64,000 bases of DNA from Marsupella aquatica. Lineage: Eukaryota > Plantae > Marchantiophyta. A model generated the notes under the pieces. It did no database searches, had not been told where the DNA came from, and saw only the letters and a program-made list of their open reading frames with translations. A program made the position numbers and the translations under genes. Position 1 is the stretch's first letter. The number at the start of each line of letters is the position of its first letter. The stretch is from contig OZ316896.1 of NCBI GenBank assembly GCA_973895155.1, forward strand, positions 5,942,166 through 6,006,165. The letters run 5' to 3'. Positions 37,883-50,169 of this stretch are shown one piece after another.

Positions 37883-40800
37883 TCCGACTGTGCTCAGGGA
37901 CTCCGCGAATCTGGAACGACTTAAATTGGCATGGACAGACGGAACTGAGGACCTTGTTGACCCCCACCTGAAATTAGATCGGGCCTTCCATAGGTTTCAT
38001 TTCTGCTTCATGGATCTTCAGTCCTTGAAACGACCTCAAGAGGTCGAATTGGCTCAACTTAAAGACAAGCTACTCTATAGACAGCATTAGGGATTTCTCC
38101 TCTACCAAAGACTATGTTTGGACGTTGGATCTAGAGGAGGCACATCACAACCGCAGGCTCTCCCGGATTAAATGGCTTGGCCAAGGGGACGAGCCCTCTA
38201 AGTTCTATTTTTCCTTAGTGAAAGCTAAACGTCAGAGGGAGAAAATGGAGGTGCTACTAGTAGAAGGCGGTGAGATGATTCTGGAGGAAATACTAATTGT
38301 AGAGGAAGTGCAAAGATACTGCGAGGAATTATATTCATCGCCTGAGATGAGTGCTACACTCGTGAGCGAGAGGATAGCTGCCCGCATGAGACTGAGCAGC
38401 CACACTCATTTTGCCCCTTTTGTGTTTGAGATCTGGAAACTTGCAGCTCTTCCATCCATAAAGGAATTACATGAAACATTGATGCTGCTGCCCGCTGACA
38501 AAGCCCCAGGAGTGGACGGGTTGACAGCAGAGGTTTTCAAGTGCTACTGGGAATTTATGAAGGTTGATATTCACAATATGGTCCGTGAGTTTTGGCGGAC
38601 TGGAGAACTGGCACACTGCATCAAAGATGGGGTGATTCGATTCATCCCCAAGAAAACTGACAAGAGGAAACTGAGTGATTGGCGTCCTTTAACTATGCTG
38701 ACCACTATGTACAAAATCTTGGCTAAACTGTTGGCTGTGAGACTGAAGGTGCTTCTCCCTAAGATAATCAATCCTCAGCAGACAGGATTTATCCCAGGTC
38801 GACATATCTTAGAAAACATTTCCCTTACTTGGTTAATGAACGATTGGCTGAGCTACACTGGAACTCCTGCTCTCTTCCTTAAACTAGATTTTGAAAAGGC
38901 TTTTGATCGAGTGGACCACTCGTACATCTGGGACACAATGCACCTTCTAGGACTTGGCCCACATTTTATCTTCCTAGTTAAATCGCTCCTCAGTAATGCA
39001 AGCTTTAAGGTTCTTGTCAATGGGCTCTGGACTGCTGATGTCCGGATGCTTTGGGGTGTGCGACAGGGCTGCCCCTTGTCCCCCCTTCTCTTTGCCATTT
39101 CGACACAGCCGTTGATGGATTTTTTCAGTGCAGAAATCAATGTTGGCAGGCTCCAAGGCATCCAAGTTTTTCAGTTTTTGAATATCTGCTTTCGACTTTT
39201 TGCGGATGATTTAGGACTTTTTATCCTTGCTACGGAAGTAGCTTTCAATCAAGCCCAGGATGCTATCCATTGCTATGAGATGGCTATGGGAGCTAAGCTC
39301 AATCTGAAGAAATCTATTGTTATTCCTTTTTCTGTTGATGTGATCCCAGATTGGTTGGAGGACACAGGGTGTTTTATCAGTGAACCCGACATGGTGCAAA
39401 AGTACCTGGGTGCACCCTTCGGGAATGGATTATCTGAGAGCCAACTCCATTGCTTCTGTCTCGATCATATTGGGGCTAGGCTCTATTCATGGTCTACACG
39501 GTTCTTATCATTTACTGGCAGATTGCTCCTGGTGAAACATGTCCTCCAGGCCATTCCGGTATACCACATGATGTTCCTGCGGTCACCAAAGGTTTTGACC
39601 AAGAAACCGATTGCTCTGAGCAGAATCTTTCTATGGGGCACTAATGTGCTGGGGAGCAGGCGTGTCCCGTTGGTGGCATGGGAGAAGCTTACTCGTCCCA
39701 AGCTGGATGGGGGCCTTGGTCGGAAAGAGTTCCAAAGCCATTTGGATGCTATTTTGAGCAAGTGGTTCACTGAGGCTCTTGACCATCCGTCATCTAAATG
39801 GGCTTCTTTGTATGTTGAGAATCTTACTCTAATCAAATGGAGGAACTACAAGACGATCCGCAGGAATAGGTACTCAATGTCGGACAAGATGCTGCTTAGC
39901 ACCCCACGTTCTTTTGGGAAATTTATTTACACTGGTCAACTGTGGGCTGCTTGGGAACTTGTGCGAGCCAACCTTATTTTTATTCCGGGAGTTTTTGCTA
40001 TCCCTGGTCACTGGGGTATGGAGGACCAGCTATGTAGTATGATTGACTTTTATGATCTCCCTGAGTCTAACATACTTGCAATAGTGAAGATCTGTGGTTG
40101 TCTGGGATCCCGCATTGTTGTGGATCTATGGTCTCAAGCTGACGGGGAGTGGAAACCCGTGACTGATCTCGTCTTACGGTTAAGGGAATTTTCTTGGGAG
40201 GCGAAGCAAGGGACACTTGCTTTTATTCGGGATATTCACCAATCTGTTTTCCGGGGATGTGCTTTTGACTCAATGGCTAGGCAATGGAGATGGTTAGATA
40301 AGGCCACTATTCCCCATTGCTTTGAGCTATCTCACAGCCGGGTGTATGAAATGCTCCGCCCCAAGGGCTCTGATTTCTGCTGGCTCAACCGGATCTGGAA
40401 TGAAACCCTGACTGAGGCTGCCTGGTGTAGATTTTGGACAATGGTGTGGATGGCTGATCTCTCTACTAAGGCTATAACTTTTGTATGGAGGATATTGGCA
40501 CAAGGGCTTTTCTCTAGTTCTAGGGCGTTGAGGATGTCTAAATCAGATGGAACTTGTACTCTTTGTGTGGACACTGTGGAAACTACCCCCCACATTTTCC
40601 TTTATTGCAAACATGCGCTCTGTTGTTGGAGGGTGATCAGAGGCTTGGTGCTTTAGACCTTGGCCTTTTGTCTATCGTTGGTTTGCTTCACTCCACTACG
40701 GGGAAGGAACCTCTGACTACATTACGTCTTTTCCTATTGTATCAATCCCTATGGAGCTTATGGCTTGCGCGGAACTCTCAGACTTTTGACCGATCCAAGT

Positions 40801-40980
40801 TGAGGGTGTTCGATCAACTGTACGTTGATCTTCTCAGAGACCCTTGATAACCTGAATGCAGTAGCTGCGTCCTCAGCCCTGGGCAAGAAGCACAAAAGAC
40901 TTACTCAAGCTATCTCAATCTTAACTGTAGAACATAATAGGATTCTCCGGAGTGGTGTACGTCGCACTGGTACTCACTGA
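37883..40980 (+). pseudogene. LINE A ORF2, reverse transcriptase and zf-RVT part
   Basis: KAPGVDG, WRPLTML, KLDFEKAFDRV, GVRQGCPLSPLLF, LFADD, KYLG, CTLC...ETTPHIFLYC. The 843-aa frame 38125-40656 is still open. Confidence 0.95.
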
Positions 40981-41337
40981 CTTGTGTTCTTTTTGGAGAT
41001 GCAACATATGAGATGCCCGATGAGATGGTTAACTAGGAATTTGTTCTATGCTTGATAGTATACTGTTGGTCAGAGGTTTCTTCATAGTAAAAGGGATTGT
41101 ACTAGGATAATCTAAGCACTGTTGGATCCCACTCTGTGCAGTATCTAGTCTGGACACTGAGCTATGTTGCTCTGTTACTCAGATGGGAATCCCTAGGCTT
41201 GTATACTGCTTTGTTGTTGCTGCGGCATAGCTTTGTTTTTCTTTCCGCCCTGGATGGCCTGCCGCCTTTTGGCCTGCTTGGTTCCCCCATCCGTGGGGTT
41301 CACACAAAATAAAAGTTAAAATTAAAAAAATTAAAAT

Positions 41338-41457
41338 TACCAGCGTTGTCTTTACTAATAGTACTATTAAGTACTATCACTAACAAGTAAAGGTCTAGCC
41401 CAAGTAATACCAATGCTATGTTTACTAATAGTACTATTTAAGTACTATCAGTAACAA
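41338..41457. repeat. 74-bp array, middle segment between the two LINEs
   Basis: About 1.6 units matching the units at 18900-18983 and from 48888 onward. Confidence 0.9.
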
Positions 41458-42518
41458 AACTCCTCAGAAAACTTTGAGCAGAGTGAGCTTGGAAAGCGCA
41501 TGGGCGGAGCTGAGAAGTGCTCTCCCTTTTGTGGTTTCGTTCTGATCCCTATGGGATCAGGAGGGACCTTGAATATCCGACTGGAATCGTGAAGAGGGTT
41601 TTGAAGGAATTCCAGTGAAGTTGCTAGTGCTGTTAACAGGTTGGAATCGGAATTGCTATAGCTGCAAACGAGTTCGAGCAAAGTCGTGGCTGAGTATTAG
41701 GGCACACGGTGTGCATTCAGTTTTGGCATCGGAGGGAACAAAGCATGTGAAGGTTGTTTTACGACGAGGTATGCGGGGGAGAGAAGACCGGGAAGCCAAA
41801 CAGGATTGGAAAAGGCAAGGCTGAATCGAGTCTGCGGCTCTGGCTGTGTATACACATAAGGACTTACTGAGTGATCCTCCGCGGTGGTTTTTGGGGGAGG
41901 GGAGGAGACGGAGTGTGACGGCACATATGGGCAGGAAGATGAGGTCGGAGGAGGGGACTTGTTTAAGTAACTTGTGGCGGGCTCTCTTGTGACCCCTTCA
42001 GCTTTTGGTCGCAAGAGATTGTAAGCAAGGATCGCTCTGAGTCAAGCATTGGAGGTTCGGGTGCCTGGGCAGCTATTGGTTGACGGACACTTTGAAGACC
42101 GTGTGACATTTGGGGGGTCGTAAGAGTTGGACCTCGTTGCATTTGAGATAGGAGGGTGAGGAGGAAGGAGTTAGCAGAGAAGTTCTGGTACCTTCGTTGC
42201 TCGACCTCGGAGTGTTGATGTAGGAGTGGCAATTTTCACTAGGATCTCTTTGGGGTACCACGGTGTGCCACGGAGATCGTGGGAAAAAGGCCATCCTTGA
42301 TGAGGAGACTATAAACTCGGAGATTGCTGGAATATGTAAGGAGTAATCAGGAAGTGAATTGTCCAAGCACTGCCGGAGTGAAGAATGGTGATTCGGGCGT
42401 TGTGTGCTGCGGGAGGCTGTGGACTGTTGACTAAATCATGGGTAAGTAAGAGAAGACTTTGACTCTTTGCTTCCTTAGTGGATGACACTACAATCGATTA
42501 ATATAAGAAGTTAGTAAG

Positions 42519-44372
42519 ATGGGGGAACAGGGGATAGACTATTATGGATCCTCAGGACGTAGATTCTCTCATGGGGGGCGTCTTGCTGGTGGACGAGTTG
42601 CGAGGATGATGCAAATGCACCCTAGTGCTTGTAACGAGGTAGCGGTGGAGAGAACACCGGGTCTAGGGTGTGAGGGCAGGGGACCTCCTGTGGAATTCTC
42701 TACGCAAGATGCGTGTTTGGGGTGGATTGATCCGGTCTTGACTACACCAACCGCGGCCCGGGACTCATTGAGTGATAATCTGATGGACATTGAGAGTCAT
42801 GCTATGGAAACCAGGCCTGAGCTCAACGCGGAGAGGGGAACTGGACTACGAAGGACCCTGGAGGAGACGGCGGGAACTGGAATGAAAAGAGATACTTTTC
42901 AGACCAGGGACAGTGGAGATGCGAGGCGAGGCGCTGCTGAGGGCATCGGTGGCGCATCGATGGGGAGAATGGGGCCATGGGAGAATGCGGAGAGGCGTGC
43001 GGTTTCTCTAGAGGAAGAAGAACCAGAAGACTGCATTAGGATCCTGTGTGAAATTGCGATTAGATCAAAAGGTGATTTGGACAAACGTTTGTATACAGAG
43101 GTGGAATGGAACCTATCGGAAGTAGCACGGAATGTGAGGCAGCTTTATAATTGTGCGTTGATCTGTTACTTTACAAAAAGAACGCCGCTCCTCACTGACT
43201 TCAGAGCATGGGTTGATGAGGTGATGACAAATCAAGATCTAATTGGCCTGTCTTACAGGTGAAATTTGTAGGGAAGAATTTCTACATGATTGTCTTTGAA
43301 AACCCGGACCATAGAGATCTAGCTCTCAATTACGCGCCCTGGTTCATGGAGAGACGATTTGTATACACTTTCCCATGGGAGCCATCATTTGATGTAAAAT
43401 GTGAGAACTTTACTAAACTTCCTGTATGGATCGAGATCCTGTTTTGTGACCTGGCTTTGGAGGGCTGCAGAAGAAAGATAGCTAGCTCTTTAGGCACTCT
43501 GCTTTACTATATCCAGGGACACAAATTCAGCTCATACCCTCACGATCGGGCCTATATACTCTGGGATACGGATAGAGAAGTGCTTGCCAGCATTAAGATT
43601 CGGATTCGAGAAGATATAGTAATTTGGCAACCTGTAACTTTTAAAAACATTCCTTATCACTGCTATCGATGTAACCAAAGAGGTCACCTCGCCAAGAACT
43701 GTAAAGAAGATGTGGAGGCTGTTGGAGCACGGAGAACTGTTGTGGACCCCCCGGAGGAGAAAGACGATGAAAGACACTCGGAGGCAGACCATAGGAGGTG
43801 CTTCATGCGGAAGCCAATGCTGAAGCAAGGGCTTGATTTTGGGAGGCTAATGTGCCTCCTCCCGAGGTTTTTCCCTTCGTGGTGGTGGTGGATTGTGCTC
43901 AGGTGGAGCAACTTTTGGAACGCCCTGAGCCCAGGGGGGTTGGGCTGCTGGCCCCTGTGGGATTGCAGAAGGAGAACAATGACAATTGGGTTGAGACCGC
44001 TCAATTGGGAAGGAGTGAAGGAGAGGTGGATTTGCCTCCGTCTTTGGGAGCTGCTGGCTGCATTACTGACTCACATGAGTGGCTGCGACCCTGTGTCCTC
44101 CGCTTGATACCATCGCCCCTGCACTGGGGCCCATTTATACCCCTAGTTATGCAACGGGCAGAATACTTGAGGTCCCCTTGGCTGACATTTTGCGTGCTGG
44201 GAACGATGAGACCTTCTCATTTCATGCGGAATCTGATGCTGAGATGTCAGAATACGAGGCTTATATCTCACACAGTAAATTCAAGGCTAGAGCCCGCAAA
44301 CAGGAGCTTCGCACACCGCCGTCCAAAAGACCAAGAAGGCCAAAGGAGAGGCCAAAAAGCAAAGATCACTAA
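42519..44372 (+). pseudogene. LINE B ORF1 (RRM/DUF4283-like + CCHC knuckle), frameshifted
   Basis: YAPWFMERRFVYTFPWEPSFD, LPVWIEI, CYRCNQRGHLAKNC. Confidence 0.85.
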
Positions 44373-44681
44373 GATTCTCACAAGGTGTTATGTCTGATGC
44401 AGGCGGAGCAGAGGACCTGGAGAGGGAAGGCGGGAGGGTAGTGCGACCTCCAAGGAAGGCGAGTGAATTCAACTATGGGCCTGGGGAGTGCTCCCCTCTG
44501 CGTTGGGACGGTTGATATTGCCTCCCCCATGCGGGTCTCTCCTGCGGGATCAATCAGTGGATACATGAGTGGACCTATTGGCCGGGAGCTGACAGGGTGG
44601 TCGCCGGGTGGACGCACCAGGATCTGAGAGACGGAGAAGGTGGTTGGCTATGCTATGCACTAACAAGGGCACAGTGGGAGG

Positions 44682-47600
44682 ATGGATGGAAGAATCAGAG
44701 TGGCGTCATGGAATGTCTGCGGATTGTGTGAGCCCAACCGCAAGCATGTTGTTAAAAATTGGGTTAGATCACTGAAAGTGGCACTAGCCCTGTTGGCTTT
44801 ACAAGAAGTTAAAGCTGACAAATTTTGGCTTGATATGGCGTTGTGGGCTATTCTCCCCTTGTATCAGCACTTTTCCTCTGAGCCTGACGAGGGTAGGGGA
44901 GGAACCGCATTACTGGTACACCCTGAGTTGAAGGTGATTTGCTCGGGAGCACTGGATTTGGGAAGGGCGGTATGGGCCGTCGTCAAGAAGGAAGATGTGA
45001 CATTTGGGATTGCTTGTATTTATGCCCCCAATTCGAATAGATTAAGGTCACTTCTATGGCATGATTTAAAGATGATGCTGCCACACAATGATTGGCTGTT
45101 GTGTGGTGACTTCAACATGATGGAACACAGAAATGACTCAACGGGACAGTCTCCTTTAATCTGAGGCAGGGAGGCTGAGTTCTGGAGATTTTTGAAGATG
45201 AGATTGAACCTGACAGATGCGTGGGACCTTAGAGGTGGAGCGACTGGCCCGAATTTCACATGGAGGAGGAAGCGTAATGGAGTGCTGATACAGTCCAGAC
45301 TTGACAGGTTTTATGTAAGTGAAATGGGTGGATGGCTTAGCGAGGTGGAACTCATTCACGATGGGGGATCGGCTCTTTCTGATCACGACCCTATCCGGCT
45401 GAATGTGAGGATTGCAGGATTGACTGAGACTGTGGAGCGAGGGAAAGTGAGACTTTTTATGGCCAACTCGTCTGTACTTTGGAAGAGAGAGGACATGCTA
45501 CTACTCAAAGAAGCTTGGAGGGTGGGAAGAGAGAACTGTGTGGACCCGCGTATTTGATTTACTAATGGAAGCCGGAGACTGAGACAAACTCTTAAGGAGA
45601 TACAAGCCAAGCCAAGGACAATGGAGGTGGAGATGGCTTTTTAGAGAGCTCAATTGAGGACACTTAAGATGGCCATTCTAGAAAATCATTCGAAGGAGGA
45701 CATTGCTGATTTCATGGATGCTGAGGACACGTTGCATGTTGCGGAACTGGAGGAAGCTCACAGAGGACGCAGGCTAGCCAGAGTTAAGTGGTTGGGAAGG
45801 AGATGAATCCACTAAATTTTTCTTTGCCACAGTGAAAGCCAAGAGAGCCAGGGAGGCTATGTCTTCTTTGAGCAGGGTGGATGGGAGTACAATCTCTGAC
45901 CCGGGAATGATTGTGAAGGAGGTTGAAGAGTTTTGTGAAACACTGTACTCACCTGAGCCTTTTTCCGAAGCGTGCGGAGGCTGAAGAGAGACGTCTGGCT
46001 TGCGATAGACTGCTCATTAACACAAGGTTTGCCCTTTCAAGAGAGGACATTTTAAAGATGGAGAAGCTCCCGACATACCAAGAGGTGAAGGATGTGTTGT
46101 GGCTCTTGCCAAGTGATAAAACACCGGGGCTTGATGGTATGACAGCTGAGGTTTATAGCATGTTGGGGTTTTATTGGTCAGGATTTAGTGGATATGATAC
46201 AAGAATTTTGGCTTACAGGTGCCCTCGATGCTGGTATTTGTGAAGGGATTGTTAAATTCATACCAAAGAAACCGGACAAGCGCTTCTTACGTGACTGGCG
46301 CCCATTGACAATGCTAAATACGATATACAAACTAATAGCCAAGATCCTTGCCTTGCGATTAAAACCTATCCTACACTTGATAATCAGTTCGCAACAAACT
46401 GGATTTATCCCTAGACGCCACATATTAGAAAACATTTCCCTTGCTTGGCTTGCCTGTGATTGGGTTCACAAAAGGAGACGAGAGGCATTGTTTCTAAAAC
46501 TAGACTTTGAGAAGGCTTTTGACCGTGTTTTGCATGAATATATATGGGAATGTATGCAGCTGCTAGGGATAAGCGGACGTTTCATCACTCTGGTAAGAGC
46601 GTTGTTGGCTCAGGCATCCTCACGTGCCTTGGTGAATGGCTTACTAACAAACATGTTTGAGCTCAAGCGTGGGGTAAGACAGGGCTGCCCTTATCACCAT
46701 TGCTGTTTGTGATTTCCATGCATCCACTCATGGATTTTCTTGATGCAGAGCTGGCAGCGGGTAGACTGTGTGGCTTGCAGATCTCGCTTGATCTCACTAT
46801 TTGTTACAGACTGTTTGCGGATGATGTGGGGATGTTTATCCCTGCATCTGAGAATGCTTTTGAAGAAGCAACAACTGCTCTTGAATGTTACAAGAAGGCT
46901 AGCGGTGCTCGACTGCATTTGAAGAAATCAGTTGTGATCCCATTGGCAATGGAGGAGGTCCCGGCTTGGCTGAATAACACGGGCTGTCATATCAGTCAAA
47001 GGGGAGAGATGCAAAAATATCTTGGTGCACCATTTGGTGTGGGCTTGAGCATGGAACAACTGCACAAATTCTGCCTTGACAAAATTTGTGCCAGGCTTGC
47101 GGTTTGGTCCAACAAGCTGCTTTCCTTTACTGCTGGTCGATCATTACTAGTTAAACAGGTACTGCTTGCTATTCCGATCTACCATGTAATGTATTGCAAG
47201 GCGTCTGCTGGTCTTGCCAAGAAGATTATTGCTCTCAGTAGGGATTTTCTATGGGGATACAACGACTCAGGAGGGAAGAAGGTTCCGTTGGTGGCTTGGG
47301 ACAGGATGACACTGCCACGGGTGGAGGGGGGACTGGGATTTCAGGATTTCCGTAGTCACTCTGATGCCCTGCTCTCGCAATGGTTCACTAAAGCACTGAA
47401 CTCGCCTGAATTGGAATGGTCCAAGATGTTGGCGGCCAATCTAGGACTGTTGGGGTGGATGAACTACAAGGTTATTAGGAGAAATGGTTACTCCTTCCAA
47501 GACCAGCTGCTTTTATGTACACCTCATACTTTTAGTGGGCTCCCCTACACTACGGGTCTCTGGCGATGCTGGGAGCTTGTGAGAGCCCATCTATCCTTTG

Positions 47601-48600
47601 AGCCTGGCCGGGGGGGGCCGCCTGCCCGGTGGAGCATCACCGACACACTCAGATGCATGGTGGGGTTTCATTCTCTTCCTAACTCGGCCATTATGGACAT
47701 TGCAAGGATCTGTGGCCGGCTGGGAATGAGATCGATTGGTGATGGTTGGTCGGCGGAGGAAGGATGTTGGAAGGACCTCCCACTTAGATGGAGAAATATG
47801 CGGGCTTCTCTGCGGAGCATCGATTGCTTGCACGGAAGTTCTTGGAAAGTAGGAGCGCTTCACACTGCCGGTCAGAGTACTTCCTGTATGCCAAACAGTG
47901 GAGGTGGACAGATAGACCTGAACCATTGAAGGATTTCAGAATTGAGAATTGCAGAGTGTATGACTTCCTGAGGCCCAAGACCTCAAATCACGAATGCCTG
48001 AATAGGATCTGGTCTCTTACCCGAGAGGAGAGAGGTTGGAATGAGAGCTGGTACAGACTGTGGAGATCGGATTTACCAACCAGAGGCAAGACCTTTATTT
48101 GGAGGATCATTGTGGGGGGCTTGTTCACTGGGGCCCGTGCGCTTCGATTAGAGGTGAGCAACGGTGACTGTAAGTTGTGCGACGGACGGCTGGAAACCAT
48201 CCCTCACCTTTTTTTCCATTGTGCACATGCTGTCTGCTGCTGGCGTATCTGTTTGACCTCATTGAGTGCACTGGATATGCCAATTGGACAAGGGCTGATG
48301 GCCCTTTTAGATGCTGCCTGTGGGAGGGAGCCTGTGGGAGTGGCGCAGCTTTTTGTCTTGCACTAGATTCTCTGGAGGCTCTGGATTGGGAGAAACACTC
48401 ACATGTTTCAGACGGGGGGGAGACGGGTGTTTGACTTGGGACTTGTCCTGTCTGAGGCAGTGGAGAACTTATTTGCTGCTGGTCGGCGTTGCCCCCAAGG
48501 GAGGAAGTGCATGCGCCTGCTACGGGCCAAATCATGTATTGATGGGCTTCGCAGGAGCTGGCTTGGCGGTGGAGGGACCAGTTTCACTTCCGCTGGTTGA
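44682..48600 (+). pseudogene. LINE B ORF2 (endonuclease + RT + zf-RVT), disrupted
   Basis: SWNVCGL, CGDFNM, SRLDRFY, SDHDP, KTPGLDG, KLDFEKAFD, GVRQGCP, LFADD, CKLC...ETIPHLFFHC; several stops and frameshifts. Confidence 0.95.
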
Positions 48601-48887
48601 CTCTGATTTTGCTGTGAGGTTGGAACGTTGAGACCGTTGAATGTAGATGGTTTGGGGGGCATGGATGCCCTCTAGATGGTTATTAGGTTGTGTGGTCGTC
48701 CTCTTTTGCTGTTAGGTGTCGTCGGGGAGATTAATTCCCTGCCTGATGTGGGTTTGAGGTAGTCTTTTGTGGTTTGGTCCTCTATTTTGTCTGGGCTGTC
48801 TCTCGGGAATATGTTATGTTTGTGCGCCCTCCCCGTGGGGCTTTTCACGGGGGGACTGAGATATATAAAATGGCTATGATTCCAAGG

Positions 48888-49660
48888 AAGTACTATCAGT
48901 AACAAGTAAAGGTCTAGCCCAAGTAATACCAGCGCTATGTTTACTAATAGTACTATTAATAAAGTACTACTAGTAACAAGTAAAGGTCTGGCCCAAGTAA
49001 TACCAGCGCTATCTTTACTAATAGTACTATTAATTAAGTACTACCAATAACAAGTAAAGGTCTGGCCCAAGTAATACCAGCGCTATCTTTAGTAATAGTA
49101 CTATTAATTAAGTACTACCAGTAACAAGTAAAGGTCTGGCCCAAGTAATACCAGCGCTATGTTTACTAATAGTACTATTAATTAAGTACTATCAGTAACA
49201 AGTAAAGGTCTAGCTGGCCCTAGTAATACCAACGCTATCTTTACTAATAGTACTATTAATTAAGTACTAAGTAACAGGTAAAGGTCTGGCCCAAGTAATA
49301 CCAGCTGCGCTATCTTACTAATATTATTATTAAGTACTATCAGTAACAGGTAAAGGTCTGGCCCAATGAATACCAACACTATCTTCAATAACAAGTACTG
49401 CTAAGTACTATCAGTAACAAGTAACTGGAGGTCTGGCCCAAGTAATACCATTGCTCTCATCAGTAACAAGTACTATAAAGTACTATCAGTAACAAATTAA
49501 TGTCTGGCCCAAGTAGTACTAGTGCTCTTCAGTGACAAGTAGTCTAAGCGGTATTAAGCACTATCAGTACTAAGTAGGTACTATTAAGTATTATCAAAAA
49601 ATAGAGAATACCAATATTGCATAATATTAAGTACGTACTACCAGTAACAAGTAAATGACC
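48888..49660. repeat. 74-bp AGTACT-rich tandem array, right segment
   Basis: AACAAG at 48901, 48975, 49049, 49123 and 49197 (period 74). The unit contains the palindrome TAATAGTACTATTA. Confidence 0.95.
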
Positions 49661-50169
49661 AAGTAATTAATACAAGTTTAAACCAGTTTTATTGTACAAA
49701 GCAGTCTTGGTAACAAAGTAGTCCACATGAAAAATAGTCTATATAGCAAGTAGCAACATTACCCACATTCAAAGACCGGTGTGTACTCAAAACTATAAAC
49801 CAAACTACCAAGTAGAGAAAGTATCCCTTAGCCAAAACTCCTGGTAGTCGTTATCTTGCAACTTAGTGGCTTCCTGCACAGACAAATAAACAGTCAACAA
49901 AATTTCATGGATTCTCAATGAGAACCCGTATCACTATACCGCAACCTAGAGAACTGAAACCTGAAATCTGAAACCTGGAAAAGAAAACACTTACATGCAA
50001 CACCAAAGAAATGATCTGAGAAATACACCTGCATGAAGGCAGTCTATAAACCTACTTGCTGGCTTCCATATCCCGTAATCCAAAACTTGTAAAATATGTA
50101 ACACAGCCTGTATTTAGGCATCTTTGCCAACTACGGCAGGAACCACATTACTAGAGTCTCAAACTCGTA

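Larger units (their letters stand above)
18984..41337 (+). mobile_element. L1-clade LINE A, 5'-truncated within ORF1, interrupted by a CACTA element
   Basis: TSD TACCAGCG(C/T)TGT at 18972-18983 and 41338-41349 (11/12 match), A-rich tail at about 41306-41337. ORF2 reads YFKAN|PTVLRD across the CACTA insertion. Confidence 0.9.
41458..48887 (+). mobile_element. Apparently full-length L1-clade LINE B (7.4 kb)
   Basis: Exact 18-bp TSD AAGTACTATCAGTAACAA (41440-41457 / 48888-48905), ~1-kb 5' UTR, ORF1 and ORF2. No poly(A) tail. Confidence 0.92.

Noticed and set aside
48888-49660. 74-bp array with an internal palindrome as a CRISPR array
   Set aside because: Whole units repeat with no unique spacers, there are no cas genes, and the context is eukaryotic.
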